Shown here one piece after another: positions 13,555 to 25,890 of a stretch of 64,000 bases of DNA (the stretch's first letter is position 1; the number at the start of each line of letters is the position of its first letter). Location: positions 434,001 to 498,000 of the forward strand of contig VJWM01000019.1 in the NCBI GenBank assembly GCA_010909165.1, read 5' to 3'. The notes below the pieces were generated by a model. The model saw only the letters and a list, made by a program, of their open reading frames with translations. It was not told where the DNA came from and did not search any database. The stretch is from Anthoceros angustus (Eukaryota; Plantae; Anthocerotophyta). The position numbers were made by a program, and so were the translations under genes.

Positions 13555-14432
13555 AGTGAACACACCACTCCGTTGTCGAAGAGACCAACCCACCTTGGGG
13601 AGAGGACTCTCAGACACTCCAGCTAGGCGAGAGCACAGAATGCTAAACCGGACAAAGCCCGTGAGGGAATGGAGCAGAGGCACGGACAGGCTGAGGGCGG
13701 GATGGAGAGGCGTGTGCGGGGAGAGCCACCATGATAACAAACCTCGGAGGTCGACTAGGATTTATAACACCCCGGCGGGCCGCGCTTTCTCTCTCCCGGC
13801 ATCCAGGCTGGCTGTTCAATTTCCTCCCGACGATCTCGTCCCGCCACTCGTCCAGTGAAAGCTTTCCTGAAAATCTGTTGTCCTGATTGCTGAGCATCCC
13901 TTTCCCTACTAGGTGCTCTGGCTCACTTTTGCGCCTTCGTTGTCAAATTTTACTTGTATCCTGCGCGCGATCGGCGGACTGCGCAGCGCTCTGGGGACCT
14001 GGTCGCCCGGCCATAAACCTTAGGGCCATAAACGACAAACTAGCAGGCAAGTGGGGTTTCAATTATGTGAGCTACACGCCCGTTCGCCGGGTATTCGCCT
14101 TCAATGCTCAGGTATGCCCTAACTACTGTATGTATAGAAATACATATGTACGTGGTATGCATACCTGATTTCCCTCACAAGACCTATTATTGTGACCCCA
14201 GCTCCGAGCCTCCGACAGGATTGTAAGAAGTGCGAGATTCTCTAGGCGTGGAGGCCACGGATGAGCTCCACGTCAGCCACCTCCCCTACGCCCCTGGTCA
14301 GATTGCGGCAGCGTGCAGGTGCTACTATGGGAGATTGAACCCTACACGTGTTTTGTTGTTGTTAGGTTTTTTCATGACGTCCGCCTGGAACACACATGCA
14401 CATGTTTGTTGGACATGTCCCAGCCCCACGCC

Positions 14433-14690
14433 AAGAAGAAGAAGAAGAATTTTATTTAAGTCCACTAAGGACGGATTTCCATCTTGGACTTGGTACTTAA
14501 CAACTTGTACCATGGTGTGTCTAAGCTACTTGCACCAAGGGCATCCACTCCCTTTAGGCATCCCATCTAAGTACTGATCTAAGCTCAGGATATTAATCTA
14601 AGCTCAGGATGCTTAATCACGGCGTTCTTATAAATGTGTGTCCATTTGGCCTAAGAACACATTTGGACACACATTTATAAGAACGCCGTG
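14433..14690 (-). mobile_element. Copy of a dispersed non-autonomous repeat with an AATAAA/(TTC)n end and a perfect 27-bp palindrome
   Basis: Its reverse complement aligns with 25427-25650, and its end also matches 28821-28885. Inverted arms at 14618-14644 and 14664-14690. Confidence 0.6.
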
Positions 14691-14797
14691 ATGTATGAAC
14701 ATTTGGCCAAGGCCCTGGATGTTCGCTCCCGATTGGGTTGCAGCAATGTTGAGTGCACTAGGATTACATCCTTCCGAGCGTTGCAGCCATGGGGAAG

Positions 14798-15042
14798 TGA
14801 AACGTGTAGGGCACTCGGTTGTGCATGAACTGCATATCGTGAAGGACAATGCGTATGCCGAGGGCTTGGAGGACAGGGAACTGAAATGTGTAGGGCACTG
14901 GGTTGTGCATGAACTGCATACCGCGAAGGACAATGCATATACAGAGGGCTTGGAGGACGGGGAACTGAAACGTGTAGGGCACTGGGTTGTGCATGAACTG
15001 TATATCGCGAAGGACAATACGTATGCAAAGGGCTTGGAGGAC
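14798..15042 (+). repeat. 84-bp tandem repeat (3 copies) preserving a 28-aa unit in a degenerate coding remnant
   Basis: Units start at 14798, 14882 and 14966 and read LKRVGHWVVHELHxAKDNAYxEGLEDxE in ORF 14695-15141. Confidence 0.85.
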
Positions 15043-15994
15043 ATGGACTTCGTCCCGGATATGAATCGGCTGCACATGGCACCGACGACACTCCGCAGGG
15101 AGTGCAAGAGTAGACGGGAGGCATTACCCGAATATCTCTAGTGGTGGATGGAGGCTGAAGCTACTGTGAGTGTGGATAACGATTACCATGCTCGGGGCTA
15201 TGGTGCCCTAGGCGTGAGGAACGTGTGGATCGGCTTTGGGCTCTTCCGGGATTGAGCGGGGTGCAGGATGTAGAGAAGTCTTCTGTGCGCTCCCACCATG
15301 AGGTGCAAGTGCAAACCGTGTAGAATTTTCATTTGCGTCAAATTGAGAACATGATAATATTTGAAGCGGCTGCATATATAAAGCCTCTTCCAGCAGAATT
15401 GGAACCGCTTCCAAAAAATTGCACAGTAACTAAATCACGATTTTAGGCAATGTTTGATATGAGGCAATGGGTACTAGCTATTGAGATCGGGAATCTTGAT
15501 GTGTTTTCTAGTACAAGGACTAGGAGTACTGGTGTGTGGGCGCAAGCATGCCAGGCACCTAAAAAGAAACTTAACTTAACTAATATAAAAATTACAACTT
15601 GGATCTTGAACTCGCGACCTATGATTCTTAGCCGAGTTTTTTACTACTTTACTAACTTTAGGAGATAACAAAACTTTATGATGTGCAAATAATATATACT
15701 AATTTAGGCGCCAATATGCTAGCACCCTATGCTCTTATGCTCCCTCCATGGGGTGCCGGCATGCCAGCATCCTTAGATAGGTTTTCTGTGAGCGCCAGTG
15801 TGCCTGTGTCCGCATTAACACTAGGGCTTACAACCACTTGTCGTGCACCATGCACCTTATGACATGTGTCACTTGCTTTTGCAAGAGAATGAGAAAGAAC
15901 ACACCACCTTTCACACTTCCGATCACGACGCAGCTTTGGTCGCTCACAAAGATGATGTCCAACACACAAAACACGTGTTCAATTACTATGACGA

Positions 15995-16192
15995 ATTTGA
16001 AAATAATTTCCATGATTTTGAATTCTTGGCTACGCCAAGTATCCATCACTTTTACAACACAAGGCCAAGTGAAATTTGAAAATAATTTCCATGATTTTGA
16101 ATTCATGGCTACGCCAAGTATCCATCACTTTTACAACACAAGGCCAAGTGAAATTTGAAAATAATTTCCATGATTTTGAGTTCATGACTACG
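15995..16192. repeat. 79-bp tandem repeat (~2.5 copies)
   Basis: tgaaaataatttccatgattttga... at 15998, 16077 and 16156, with a partial copy near 16225. Confidence 0.9.
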
Positions 16193-16283
16193 AATTATTA
16201 GAATATGTGGATTTTAAATCGAACCAAGTATCCATCACTTTTACAACACAAGGCCAAAACAAAGAAGCATGACTCGAACTAGT

Positions 16284-16835
16284 AACCTTGGATTTTTTTC
16301 TCTCATTTCAAACCATATTACCTATTCCCTGAACATTGAGAAAATTTAACATTTAAAAATATTTTTTCTCTCATTTCAAACCATATTACCTATTCCCTGA
16401 ACATATTACCTATTCCCTGAACATATTACCTATTCCCTAAACACTGGGAAAGTTTAACATTTAATAGGATTTTTTTCTCTCATTTCAAATCATATACACC
16501 TATTCCCCGGGAAAATTTAGCATTTAATAGGATTTTTTCTCTCATTTCAAACCATATTACCTATTCCCTGAACATTGAGAAAATTTAACATTTAAAAATA
16601 TTTTTTCTCTCATTTCAAACCATATTACCTATTCCCTGAACATATTACCTATTCCCTGAACATATTACCTATTCCCTAAACACTGGGAAAGTTTAACATT
16701 TAATAGGATTTTTTTCTCTCATTTCAAATCATATACACCTATTCCCTGGGAAAATTTAGCATTTAATAGGATTTTTTTCTCTCATTTCAAACCATATACA
16801 CCTATTCCCTGAACAGTGGAAAAATTTCACATTTA
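16284..16835. repeat. AT-rich hierarchical minisatellite (20-bp subunit, ~60-bp monomer, 239-bp higher-order repeat)
   Basis: ttttctctcatttcaaaccatattacctattccc recurs. catattacctattccctgaa is triplicated twice. The block at 16321 recurs at 16560. Confidence 0.9.
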
Positions 16836-16968
16836 AAAGTTTGAACCCAATACATCTTGCCCATAGACCCCACGTCTCACCACTTTATTAACTTCCCCAT
16901 ATACTAAGATATTGAAGCACAAAGTCCATGCCGGCGCCCAGGTGTGTCACTTACGCAGTGTTTAGGGT

Positions 16969-17100
16969 CTTCATACCCTCCGCTATTGTGCACAACGACA
17001 TCAACCATGTATCTTCATACCCTCCGCTATTGTGCACAACGACATCAACCATGTATCTTCATACCCTCCGCTATTGTGCACAACGACATCGACCATGTAT
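16969..17100. repeat. 44-bp tandem repeat, 3 copies
   Basis: cttcataccctccgctattgtgcacaacgacatc(a/g)accatgtat at 16969, 17013 and 17057. Confidence 0.93.
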
Positions 17101-18042
17101 GGATTGGGTGTACAGCACGTATATAGAAATAGCCATATGCATTCCCTTCGATGCTACAAAGATGGTTGCCCATGTTTATTTACTGTTGTTTAACGAATCG
17201 CATACACTAACGATATGGGCATCATTTCCATGGAAAACAATGGTCGTCCTGTGGGACGAACCCTTCGTCTACCACTGTGGGCTGCTAAAAGATATAAACT
17301 TCTCTCACAATACCCTAATTGTGTGCCTTCTGGGTATGCTCAAATATGGCATTTCAATGCCCATCGAAAACACCGTTCCGCATATACTCACGTCAAAATC
17401 CGCTTGATGTATATTCAGCCCCTTCAAATATTATCATGTTTGAGGCATGAGCCATGTGGTCGCTTTGTTTTTGGTCGGATGTGTGATCTTCCTCCGTTAA
17501 GTAATCCTCCCAATCGCAGCATCATGAAGATGGCCTAGAGAGGGCATGTAGGCTTTGCAGTCACACAAGGCCTGGACGGTTGCTCCAGGCCATTTACCAT
17601 AGAGGCCTGGTGAAGGTTTGCTGACGGCATACTCAATGCTTGCGCAGGGCGTTTCCCGATGTTCCATACTCTTTGTCTCACGTTGAGGTTCGCGAGGGTT
17701 AGCTAGATGGGTGCTTGTGAGGACATGCAAGGGCCAATGTTTCGACAACCGTGAAAAAGAAATCCATGTGTATTGCACACAAAAGGATTCTTGACACACC
17801 TTTTGACAACATCAGTACACGGGGCACAAGCCCCGAGCCATTCTCGTCAAGTGTGTGACCTAAGAAGTTTTCCCGCCGTATGCAGTGTGAAAACTTCTTA
17901 TGTCACCCTCGATAAAAACCCTTGGTGGCCTCGTGATGACTTCCGTATTCCATATGCGTGGACTCACGTGGTTCAAAAAGTTGTGAATAATATTCCAATT
18001 TAATCGGATGAAGATTTCACAATATATTTCAACACGAGGTGT

Positions 18043-18102
18043 TGCAAACCTACCCTACACTTGACCTAAGACTGCAAACCTACCCTACACCTGACCTAAG
18101 AC
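18043..18102. repeat. 30-bp tandem duplication
   Basis: tgcaaacctaccctacac(t/c)tgacctaagac twice. Confidence 0.9.
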
Positions 18103-20636
18103 TATACTATTCTCAGGACAACCACACTGCCAACCTTTGCATCCCCGTGCAGGTGATCGATCATGCGCAGTCATGATCATTCATGACAGGTTACCAGGCA
18201 AAATTGATATCAAATCAACCAGAGACAAAGTTCCGACGATCACATGCAGGGGGAAAACCCGTGATGGAAATACCCCCCCTTGATGGAAATACCAGGCTCC
18301 AAGGGTTGTAAGCAAACATTCTACATGAACCTCTAGATACTGAAACTAAGAGTGATTTCTTCAAGTAAACCTTCACGTGATTTATCCTAGTAAACCTCAG
18401 GTGTAATGTCCGGAAAGGCAAAAGGGTTAGAAAACTTCCACTGGAGTAGATCTGGCATGAAAATTGTACAATTCTTGGATTCCGTATTATAAAGAAAGAT
18501 CGGAGAGAAACTTAAAACTCGAACAACGGACGGTGCGCATTAGGTTCGTACACAATATAGTCAAAGTCACCGGAACACGGTTAAATTTAGATTCGTTAAA
18601 GACCGTATCCCAATACTTTCGTGTGGCCAATGATAGGGAGCCGGGGAGCAAGACAATCCAGCTAGTCACTTTTGAAGATCCTGAAGGTGAGAGGAACTCG
18701 CGCACTTGAAGACCCTGAACTGAGCGGAACTCGAGCACTCGACAGCATATGCGGCCTTTGTTCATCCACTTCTCAATCGTCTCAGCTGTGGCAGTGGCCA
18801 ACCCCACAACACCGAAAGATATCGGGAGCCAACTGCATAGGGACCCGAGCACATTAGAAAGTTATGAACTAAAACATGTGTTGTGAATTAGCTCGACCGA
18901 GCTTATTGACACAAAGAACTCAAAGAGCCTGCTAACTACCGTCGACAGTACAGAGCTCCCCATGAGCAACGGATGGAGAATCTGCAACTTGGTTATAAAT
19001 GCAAGCAGGGAGGTAACAAAGGTCTTTAAACTCAATTCCAAGTAGTCTTCACCTTGAGGTACCCAGACAAGGACCGAACCAAGTACGTAGATCCTGCTCT
19101 CAGACAACATAGCTGTATCCCGTTTCATACAATGAAGCCGTAACATTTATCGGTAAACGAGCAACGAGGAAGCAGAAACTTGAAGTGCCACTTCAAAATA
19201 TAGGAAACCTTCATACGCTCACAATTCCGCTTCCATGTTGCTTGTATAAAAAAACTGAGAACTGAATACCTTCTCGAGAGAATCCAAATCTGTGGCATTT
19301 GGCTAAGGAGCAGGTCATTTTGTAGCAAGGACTGGGCATCAGACTTCCTCAAATCATCGGAGACATCCCTTGAACGTCATAAAAGCACATGCCTGTTGTC
19401 ATAAGATTTGCTCCATCACAGTGCTCCCTCTAGAATGTTGCGTAGTACAACCACTCTTCCATAACCACAAACTTGAAGGGCTCAAATGGGCACAAAGACT
19501 AAAATCCACACGTAATGAGAGTCCTCCCAAGGGCTAGATGGTTACTGCACACGACAATCTAGATGACTCCAATTGCACCCATTGCTCGCGGTACAAACTG
19601 AATGGGAAGAACCATAAACTACATATCATAATCCAAACTCAGGACATTGGCACCTCTCAGCTGCATCATAAGACCATGCAATACGGACAGGGCAGAACAT
19701 TAAGACACGCCAAGATCAAACAGAAACTGAGCAAAGTCCTTCACGATCTCATGTGCGGGGTCTGTCAGGAATACCTACTACATTGATGAGATTGCAGCAT
19801 AAGTGATCCACCCCACACTTACCGCCGATTAGGGGATGAGAAGGCACTCCACGTTGTCCCTCGTTCACACAGAGTGCTTCGTTGAAACGAGGGGCTGCTA
19901 CAGTTATGTGCACATACATGCACATTGACGATTAGTAGAGTAAATTGGAATGGCACCTCTCCATGAAGAGACATGAGAAAAAACTCACTCAAAACACACA
20001 CTAAACTAAAGAGCAACAAGACCCTATCGTCCCTCACAGAGAACAGAGAGTTTGTGTCAATCAAGCTACATCAACACTGGCGTCCAAACACACACAAAAA
20101 TTCATCAACAACACTGTAAACTATACGATAACACTACACAAGCCATAATTGGTAGGATCATGCTTTAGAAACGTAAGGAGTCCCATGATAAGACAAAATA
20201 AAGTACACATATGGTGCAGGCCAGAACCATTTCAACTCACATCATTGAATTAATATGTTACAGGTTTGTTGAAGGAAAGGTCCAAAGCTTAACAATCAAA
20301 TGAAAGACCTCTAATTATCAGCCAGTATCTGCCGCTCCAAGAACACTGCTGAGTCCAGGAACCGACCGTGAAGTAGACAGGCGGATGTCTTCAACCAGCT
20401 TCATCCAGCATTCTTTCTCCGGGCCTGTTTCACCTCTGTCCAGGCAACATCTGCCAGAGGACATTAGTTATCCTACATACAGCTGTTGCTTTCAAGAGGT
20501 GAGCGAAAGCCAGACTTACACCAGCTGGGCTAATATTCCAGCAGCGTGAAGCTAGCGTGGGGCAACAGACCCCAGTCAACAATCCTATGACCCTCTTTGT
20601 CCAGGAATTGTCAAAGCTTTGTGGCTGCTTGGTCAA

Positions 20637-23473
20637 CTAAGCATACGGGTGGTAACGATGTCGCTCTCTCTCACGAATTACAGCATGAGAGTTCTGAAAC
20701 TCGTGATCTGAACATAACCACTATAACTCAATATAACAATCACACAAAAACAATTTAACATAGATGCTTCCAAGAAATGGAAAAGACCTTCAAAGCGACA
20801 GTCACCTCGTGAAGATGGACGATGTCGTAACTTGTCTGCATGCCCTGCACACATCAGCACCCACGATTTCCCCTTCAGTGCACAGCGTAAGCCAAAGAGA
20901 TTTTTCTACCCAAACTCTCACCATGACATGGACCTTTCACCTCGTTACTGCTTTAGACTCATCTGGTTTGGTTGCTGACAAGTTGGCGAATAGCAGCAAC
21001 TCACAGACGGATGGCAGAAATGAACAATAGAAAAGCATCCATCAACATACCTCTAGAACAATTGCACTTAACACAAAAGGTTCATGCATCCAGTTGACAG
21101 GCTCCAGTTAAAACAGCTGTTGAACGGCCTCAGGCCCCAGGGTAAGGCTCCACTAAAGTACAATGGAGAATTAAATAGAAGCTTCGAACAGAATCCCTGC
21201 ACAGAAAACTTGCACATCCTCCTACATGGCACCCAAGGCCGTTCAACAGCTGCTTAACAGGAAATACTGACAGAAGAGCAGGAAACGGTCAAACGGTGAA
21301 GCTACTGACAAATAAGGATGCAAAAATGTGCTGGTAGCTAACCTGTGTCTCTACTTCTGTCCTTGCTCCGCTGGACCCTTTCCCTTAGCTTTTCCCTCTC
21401 CCTTTCCTTGTCCCTATCTCTGTCGCGCTCCCGAGTACGGTCACGGTTATCTCGCTCTCTGTCCCTGTCACGATCTTTCTCATTCTCTGTCAATTGCCGA
21501 CTCCTATCTTTTGGTCTAGAGTTGTCACCACCCCCATCTTCCTTGTCGTTCGCCAGCTTTGTTTTCCCTACTGATTGATCATCTCTCAACTCGCCATTGC
21601 CTGATGAAGTTTGGAGCTCCTGGAAGTCAGTCCTAGTGTCCTTAGCTACTGCTATCTTAGACCGATCACCAGTCGAGTTCGTGTTCTGTGGCCGAGCATC
21701 CGGACTGGCACTTGGTGGCATAGCAGTCGCACCTCCATTTCCAACAACTTTGAGTAGATTCACCTGTACAATGGAGGGTTTGACATCAGACACAGTACCC
21801 CGGATAAATCCAACTGAGCCACAGAAATTGAAACTTGCCTGCGCATCTGGAGGAGGGTCCCAAGCAGTACTTGTTAGGACAAAGGATTTGGCATCCTTCC
21901 TAACTTCAGCATAATGTGCCTTTGGCTGCCTATACAGGTCACCTAAAACCCTGCAAACCTCCTCCACATCACTTTTCTCAGCGTCGAAGACTTGCCACCA
22001 TGGAGGCTTCTCCGGCAATGGCACTCTAAATCTCCGGGCTGCAGCATAGACTACCCCGCATGCTACGACCTCACTCTTGAACCGAACACACAGAGTTGTT
22101 CGCAAGCTGCCACCATGACAGCAACTGAGAATCAGCTCTTGTTAACTGGTGTAGTGGCCTACAACATGGAAACCACAACGAAATGCTGAGCGATACAAGT
22201 GCCAAAGAAGACAGGTGACCCACAGGATGACTGCAGATCACAAACGTTGTCAATCCCTAACTTCTCACATTCACCTTGGTTCAGTGAGACATCCATCCAT
22301 TTCTCACCAGGTAATTTGGAGAGTTTCTAGGTTAACAATTCTGAGAGTAACACAAATCCCAGCCTATGGTGTGAGCGATCACCTGATTCCTCAGCAAACC
22401 AGAATGGTTTCTCAGCTACGAGAAAACCAGCTGGGAGCAGACTGCCTCCACAGGGCATCCTGTACTTGAGGTTAGGAAGCCCACCGATGGGTGTGACAAC
22501 AACACTTCTGCGAGTTATAACAACTGCTGGTGTTCACTCTCGACCATGGATGGGCACAGCTAGTATAGTAAAGACCAAAAACAACACACAGTGGTGTGGA
22601 CAGCAGTCATTCACCTGTCATTTGCCAAATTCCATGCCTCCTGCATAAGCTCGGGAGGCGCCTCCAGTTGCAGCAGGTAGTTCAGAATGAACTTGTGCGG
22701 ATGCTCCACATGACAGATAAATCCCATTTCCTTGAGAAGATGACGCTCAGTCCTTATGAGGTCTACTTTCATTTCTTCGTACTTCTGGACAACCAGAAGT
22801 AAGTCAGACAAAGGCAGTGGCACGAAAAGGAGCTGCAAAACCAGAATCGACAGAGTCCGCACCTTATGGTCCGGAAAATCTATTTCACGGTTCTCACGAC
22901 GACAATCAATGCGATAAAACACATTCAAAATATCCGTCATCCTCCTCGGACTTTCTTCCAACTTGGAAGCCAGCCAGACACAGCTCGCCGCAACTCGCTG
23001 CCGCAAATAAACATCTAGCAACAATTTAGAAACAAAACTACATGCCAAAATACCAAAACCAAATTCCAGCAAGCGCGTGCACGTATATACCTTCACGTTG
23101 AACCGAGAGAAAGACTTCTTGCAGTAGAAGCGATGGAAGAGTACCTGACCCGTGGCCATGACGGCTTGCGGCCTGAAGCCAAACAACAACAAAAACAGGG
23201 GGAGGAGCGTCAGCGCACTTATCAGATAGCGTGAAACCTAGACAGAATTCAATCTTTCAGAACAAAAGGGATACGTGAGCACGACAAGCTGGCAACAGCA
23301 TGAAAAAGGCTCAGAGAGTACATTTTGAGCAGAATGCCGCTCTCCTGGATCAGCTCGCAGCCAAAGCGGCGGAGCAGGCTCTCCGTCGGCTCATCAACCC
23401 CATCTTTCCGAGAAGGAGAATCCGCAATTTGTTGAGGGGAGACATAGAAGGTGTCGAGAGCCGTGTAAATCAT
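20637..23473 (-). CDS. CYCL1: Cyclin L1 (RS-domain cyclin, multi-exon)
   Basis: MIYTALDTFY...SPSRKDGVDE...GCELIQESGILLK, PQAVMATGQVLFHRFYCKKS, VAASCVWLASKLEE, EMGFICHVEHPHKFI and LRTTLCVRFKSEVVACG, followed by an RD/RE-rich tail. Last exons read GHADKLRHRPSSR / DHEFQNSHAVIRERERHRYHPYA*. Confidence 0.95.
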
Positions 23474-24714
23474 CACCTACACCGCCGAAGGACCAGACTT
23501 CCAGGAAACGGTTCGGAGAATGTGGCTATGGCAAGCCGGAGCAAGTGGCCGGCATACACGGCCGAGGGGGAGCAGCAACGCAGAGACGAGCTGCTGAGAA
23601 GCTGCCCTAAACTCGAACCAAGCCACGCACTACGTATTTATGTGCACAAGAACCTCCCATACTTTACGCAACATAACAATCTCAAGTAGGTACAGTACCT
23701 GGTTTAGAGACGTGTAGGGGGGATTTATTGGTAGATCAAACCAAAATTGGACAAATCGGTATTATTGATTTGTAGCAAGAGGCTGAAACTAGCAGGCTCT
23801 TCCTCTTCTCTTTGGAGTCGAAGAGCTTCTAAAACTTTGATGCTCCTTTGATCTACATAAAAAATTATCTTAAAAATATTATTTATGAATATAGAGGTTT
23901 TTTTTTATATATGTTACAGTTCATATCATTAGATCACTAAATCATATCAATAGATTAGGTACTAGCATGTTATGGAATTTATGATGAAGCACATTGATTG
24001 AATAAAGTGTAACATAAACCCTACTTGATCCGCAATCTATCTACTTATCACGACTAGCTAATAAAATAATTGATTCTAGCTGAACTCACAATTTAGCTCA
24101 TGAATTCTAGTATCCAACCAATTTATTATACAATAGAGGCCTTCGGTCCAAAACACCCTCAGCTAAATAATTATAATTTTGAATTATTTTTTACTTTGAT
24201 CACTCAATAAATTTATTTAGGCCAGTCCATGAGGTGACTGGAGGGTAGCTGCAAAATCTCTCCCACTTCCATTCCATTTATTGTACATCGAATTACAATT
24301 TGACTTGGATTAGGTACAACACTATGTCCAGAAATATTTTTAATGATATATATAGTAATATGTTATATTTCAATAGTGTATTAAATAGGTAGGATAAGTA
24401 ACATACCTACTTATGTACTTTTGTTGTCAGCTGCATAGTTGCAACAATTGCTACAACTCTAGAATTACATGCTAAGTATGTGTAGGTAGTGGAGATGAAG
24501 CACGGTTGGGAGACCCAGCGAAGATTCTGACAAAACATCAACATGCTGTGCAACTAGGTTGCTTTTTATCACCATGGGCTACTTCTGAAGGCAGCGCACC
24601 ACGTAGGTAGTGCGGATCTTGCGGCTTTAGTAGCAGCTCGTAAGCCAAGGGATGGGTGTTGGACATCTTGGCTGCAAGCATTTGTTAGACTAAATAGCGT
24701 GATTGATATTTAGG

Positions 24715-25195
24715 GAAAAGAAGACTTTATTATGAAAAAGAGATGGGAAAAACCCATCCACCCTGAAATAAAGGGGGAAAACCCAACGGAGGGCACCATG
24801 CCAAGAGGACTAGCCCCCACGATCACGCATTTCAAAACTACCAACCGCTCGAAGAACTTCGTGATCAGGGATGTGAAAAGGCCTACTTACCACCGGTGTC
24901 GAAGAAGGTGCATCTCCCGCGCTCGCTGTCGTTCTATACACTACGTTAGCCAACGCCCTTTGCAAAGCAATGGAAACCCTCTGCCGGAAGAAAGCAACAA
25001 TACAAGAAAGGGGGAGGCCAACCCCATTCCTGCGGCTATGATAAGCCTTGGCACAGGCCTTGACGAACCTAGAGAAATCCTTGCCCATGGCTCCGTAAGT
25101 CTCAATGGCAAGGGGGACAAAGGCATGGCTGTCCTGCAAAGGAGAAAACTTGTGGACCTTAGCCGTCGTGCATAGGAGAGTACTTGTCAACCTTA
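24715..25195 (-). mobile_element. 5'-truncated non-LTR retrotransposon fragment encoding a restriction-like endonuclease (CRE/R2/NeSL-type C-terminus)
   Basis: AKVHKF...FVPLAIETYGAMG...FRQRVSIALQRALA matches the KxxKY...FxPxxxETxGxxG...QRxSxxxQRxNA RLE signature. It is followed by a short 3' UTR ending aataaagtcttctttt. Confidence 0.8.
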
Positions 25196-25426
25196 ATCCT
25201 ATTGATATTTAGGTGGTTTTCAAACTTTTTATTTTAGGATTTTGAGTTTTCAACATGTAAAATTAATAGTTTTTACAACTCTCATGATTAATAAAAAAAA
25301 AAAAATCCGTCCAAGATCATAAGATGATCCAAACAATCAGCTGATCAACCAACTGATCTTTATTGTCGGCTGACTGATCCAGATAGTCGACCAAATGGAC
25401 AATCGACCAAAGTGGACTGACCTAGC

Positions 25427-25650
25427 GTCCAAATGGCTTAGGCCAAATGGACACACATTTATGAGGCATCCAAATGGCTTAAGCCAAATGGACACACATT
25501 TATAGGAACGTCGACTTGTACTTCGATCGATACTTAGATGGGGGTACTTAAAGGGAGTGGATGCCCTTGGTGCAAGTGGCTTAGGCACACAAGGTACAAG
25601 TTGTTAAGTACAAGTCCCATGTGAGTGGACTAGAACATTTTCTTCTTTTT
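25427..25650 (+). mobile_element. Second copy (inverted) of the dispersed repeat at 14433-14690
   Basis: ccaaatggacacacatttata...aaagggagtggatgcccttggtgcaagt...gtacaagttgttaagtac...gtggact is the reverse complement of 14455-14655. Confidence 0.75.
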
Positions 25651-25890
25651 CCTCCCGAACAAATTATATTATTGTTCTTCTTCTTCCTCCCCAACAAGCT
25701 TGCCATGAACAAATAGCACAGAAATCTGGACTAAAACATATTCTTCCTTTTCTTTTTCCTCCTCAACAAATTATATTATTATTCTTTTTCCTCCCCAACA
25801 GCTTGCCAGATTAAAACATATTCTTCCTCTTCTCTTTCCTCCTCAACAAATTATATTATTCTTCTTCCTCCCAAACAGCTTGCCATGAAC
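25640..25890. repeat. Degenerate pyrimidine-rich tandem repeat (3 partial units)
   Basis: aacaaattatattatt...cttcctccccaacagcttgcca recurs near 25659, 25766 and 25845. Confidence 0.75.

Noticed and set aside
16961-16968. tttaggg as a telomeric repeat (also at 49321)
   Set aside because: Single isolated heptamers, not arrays.
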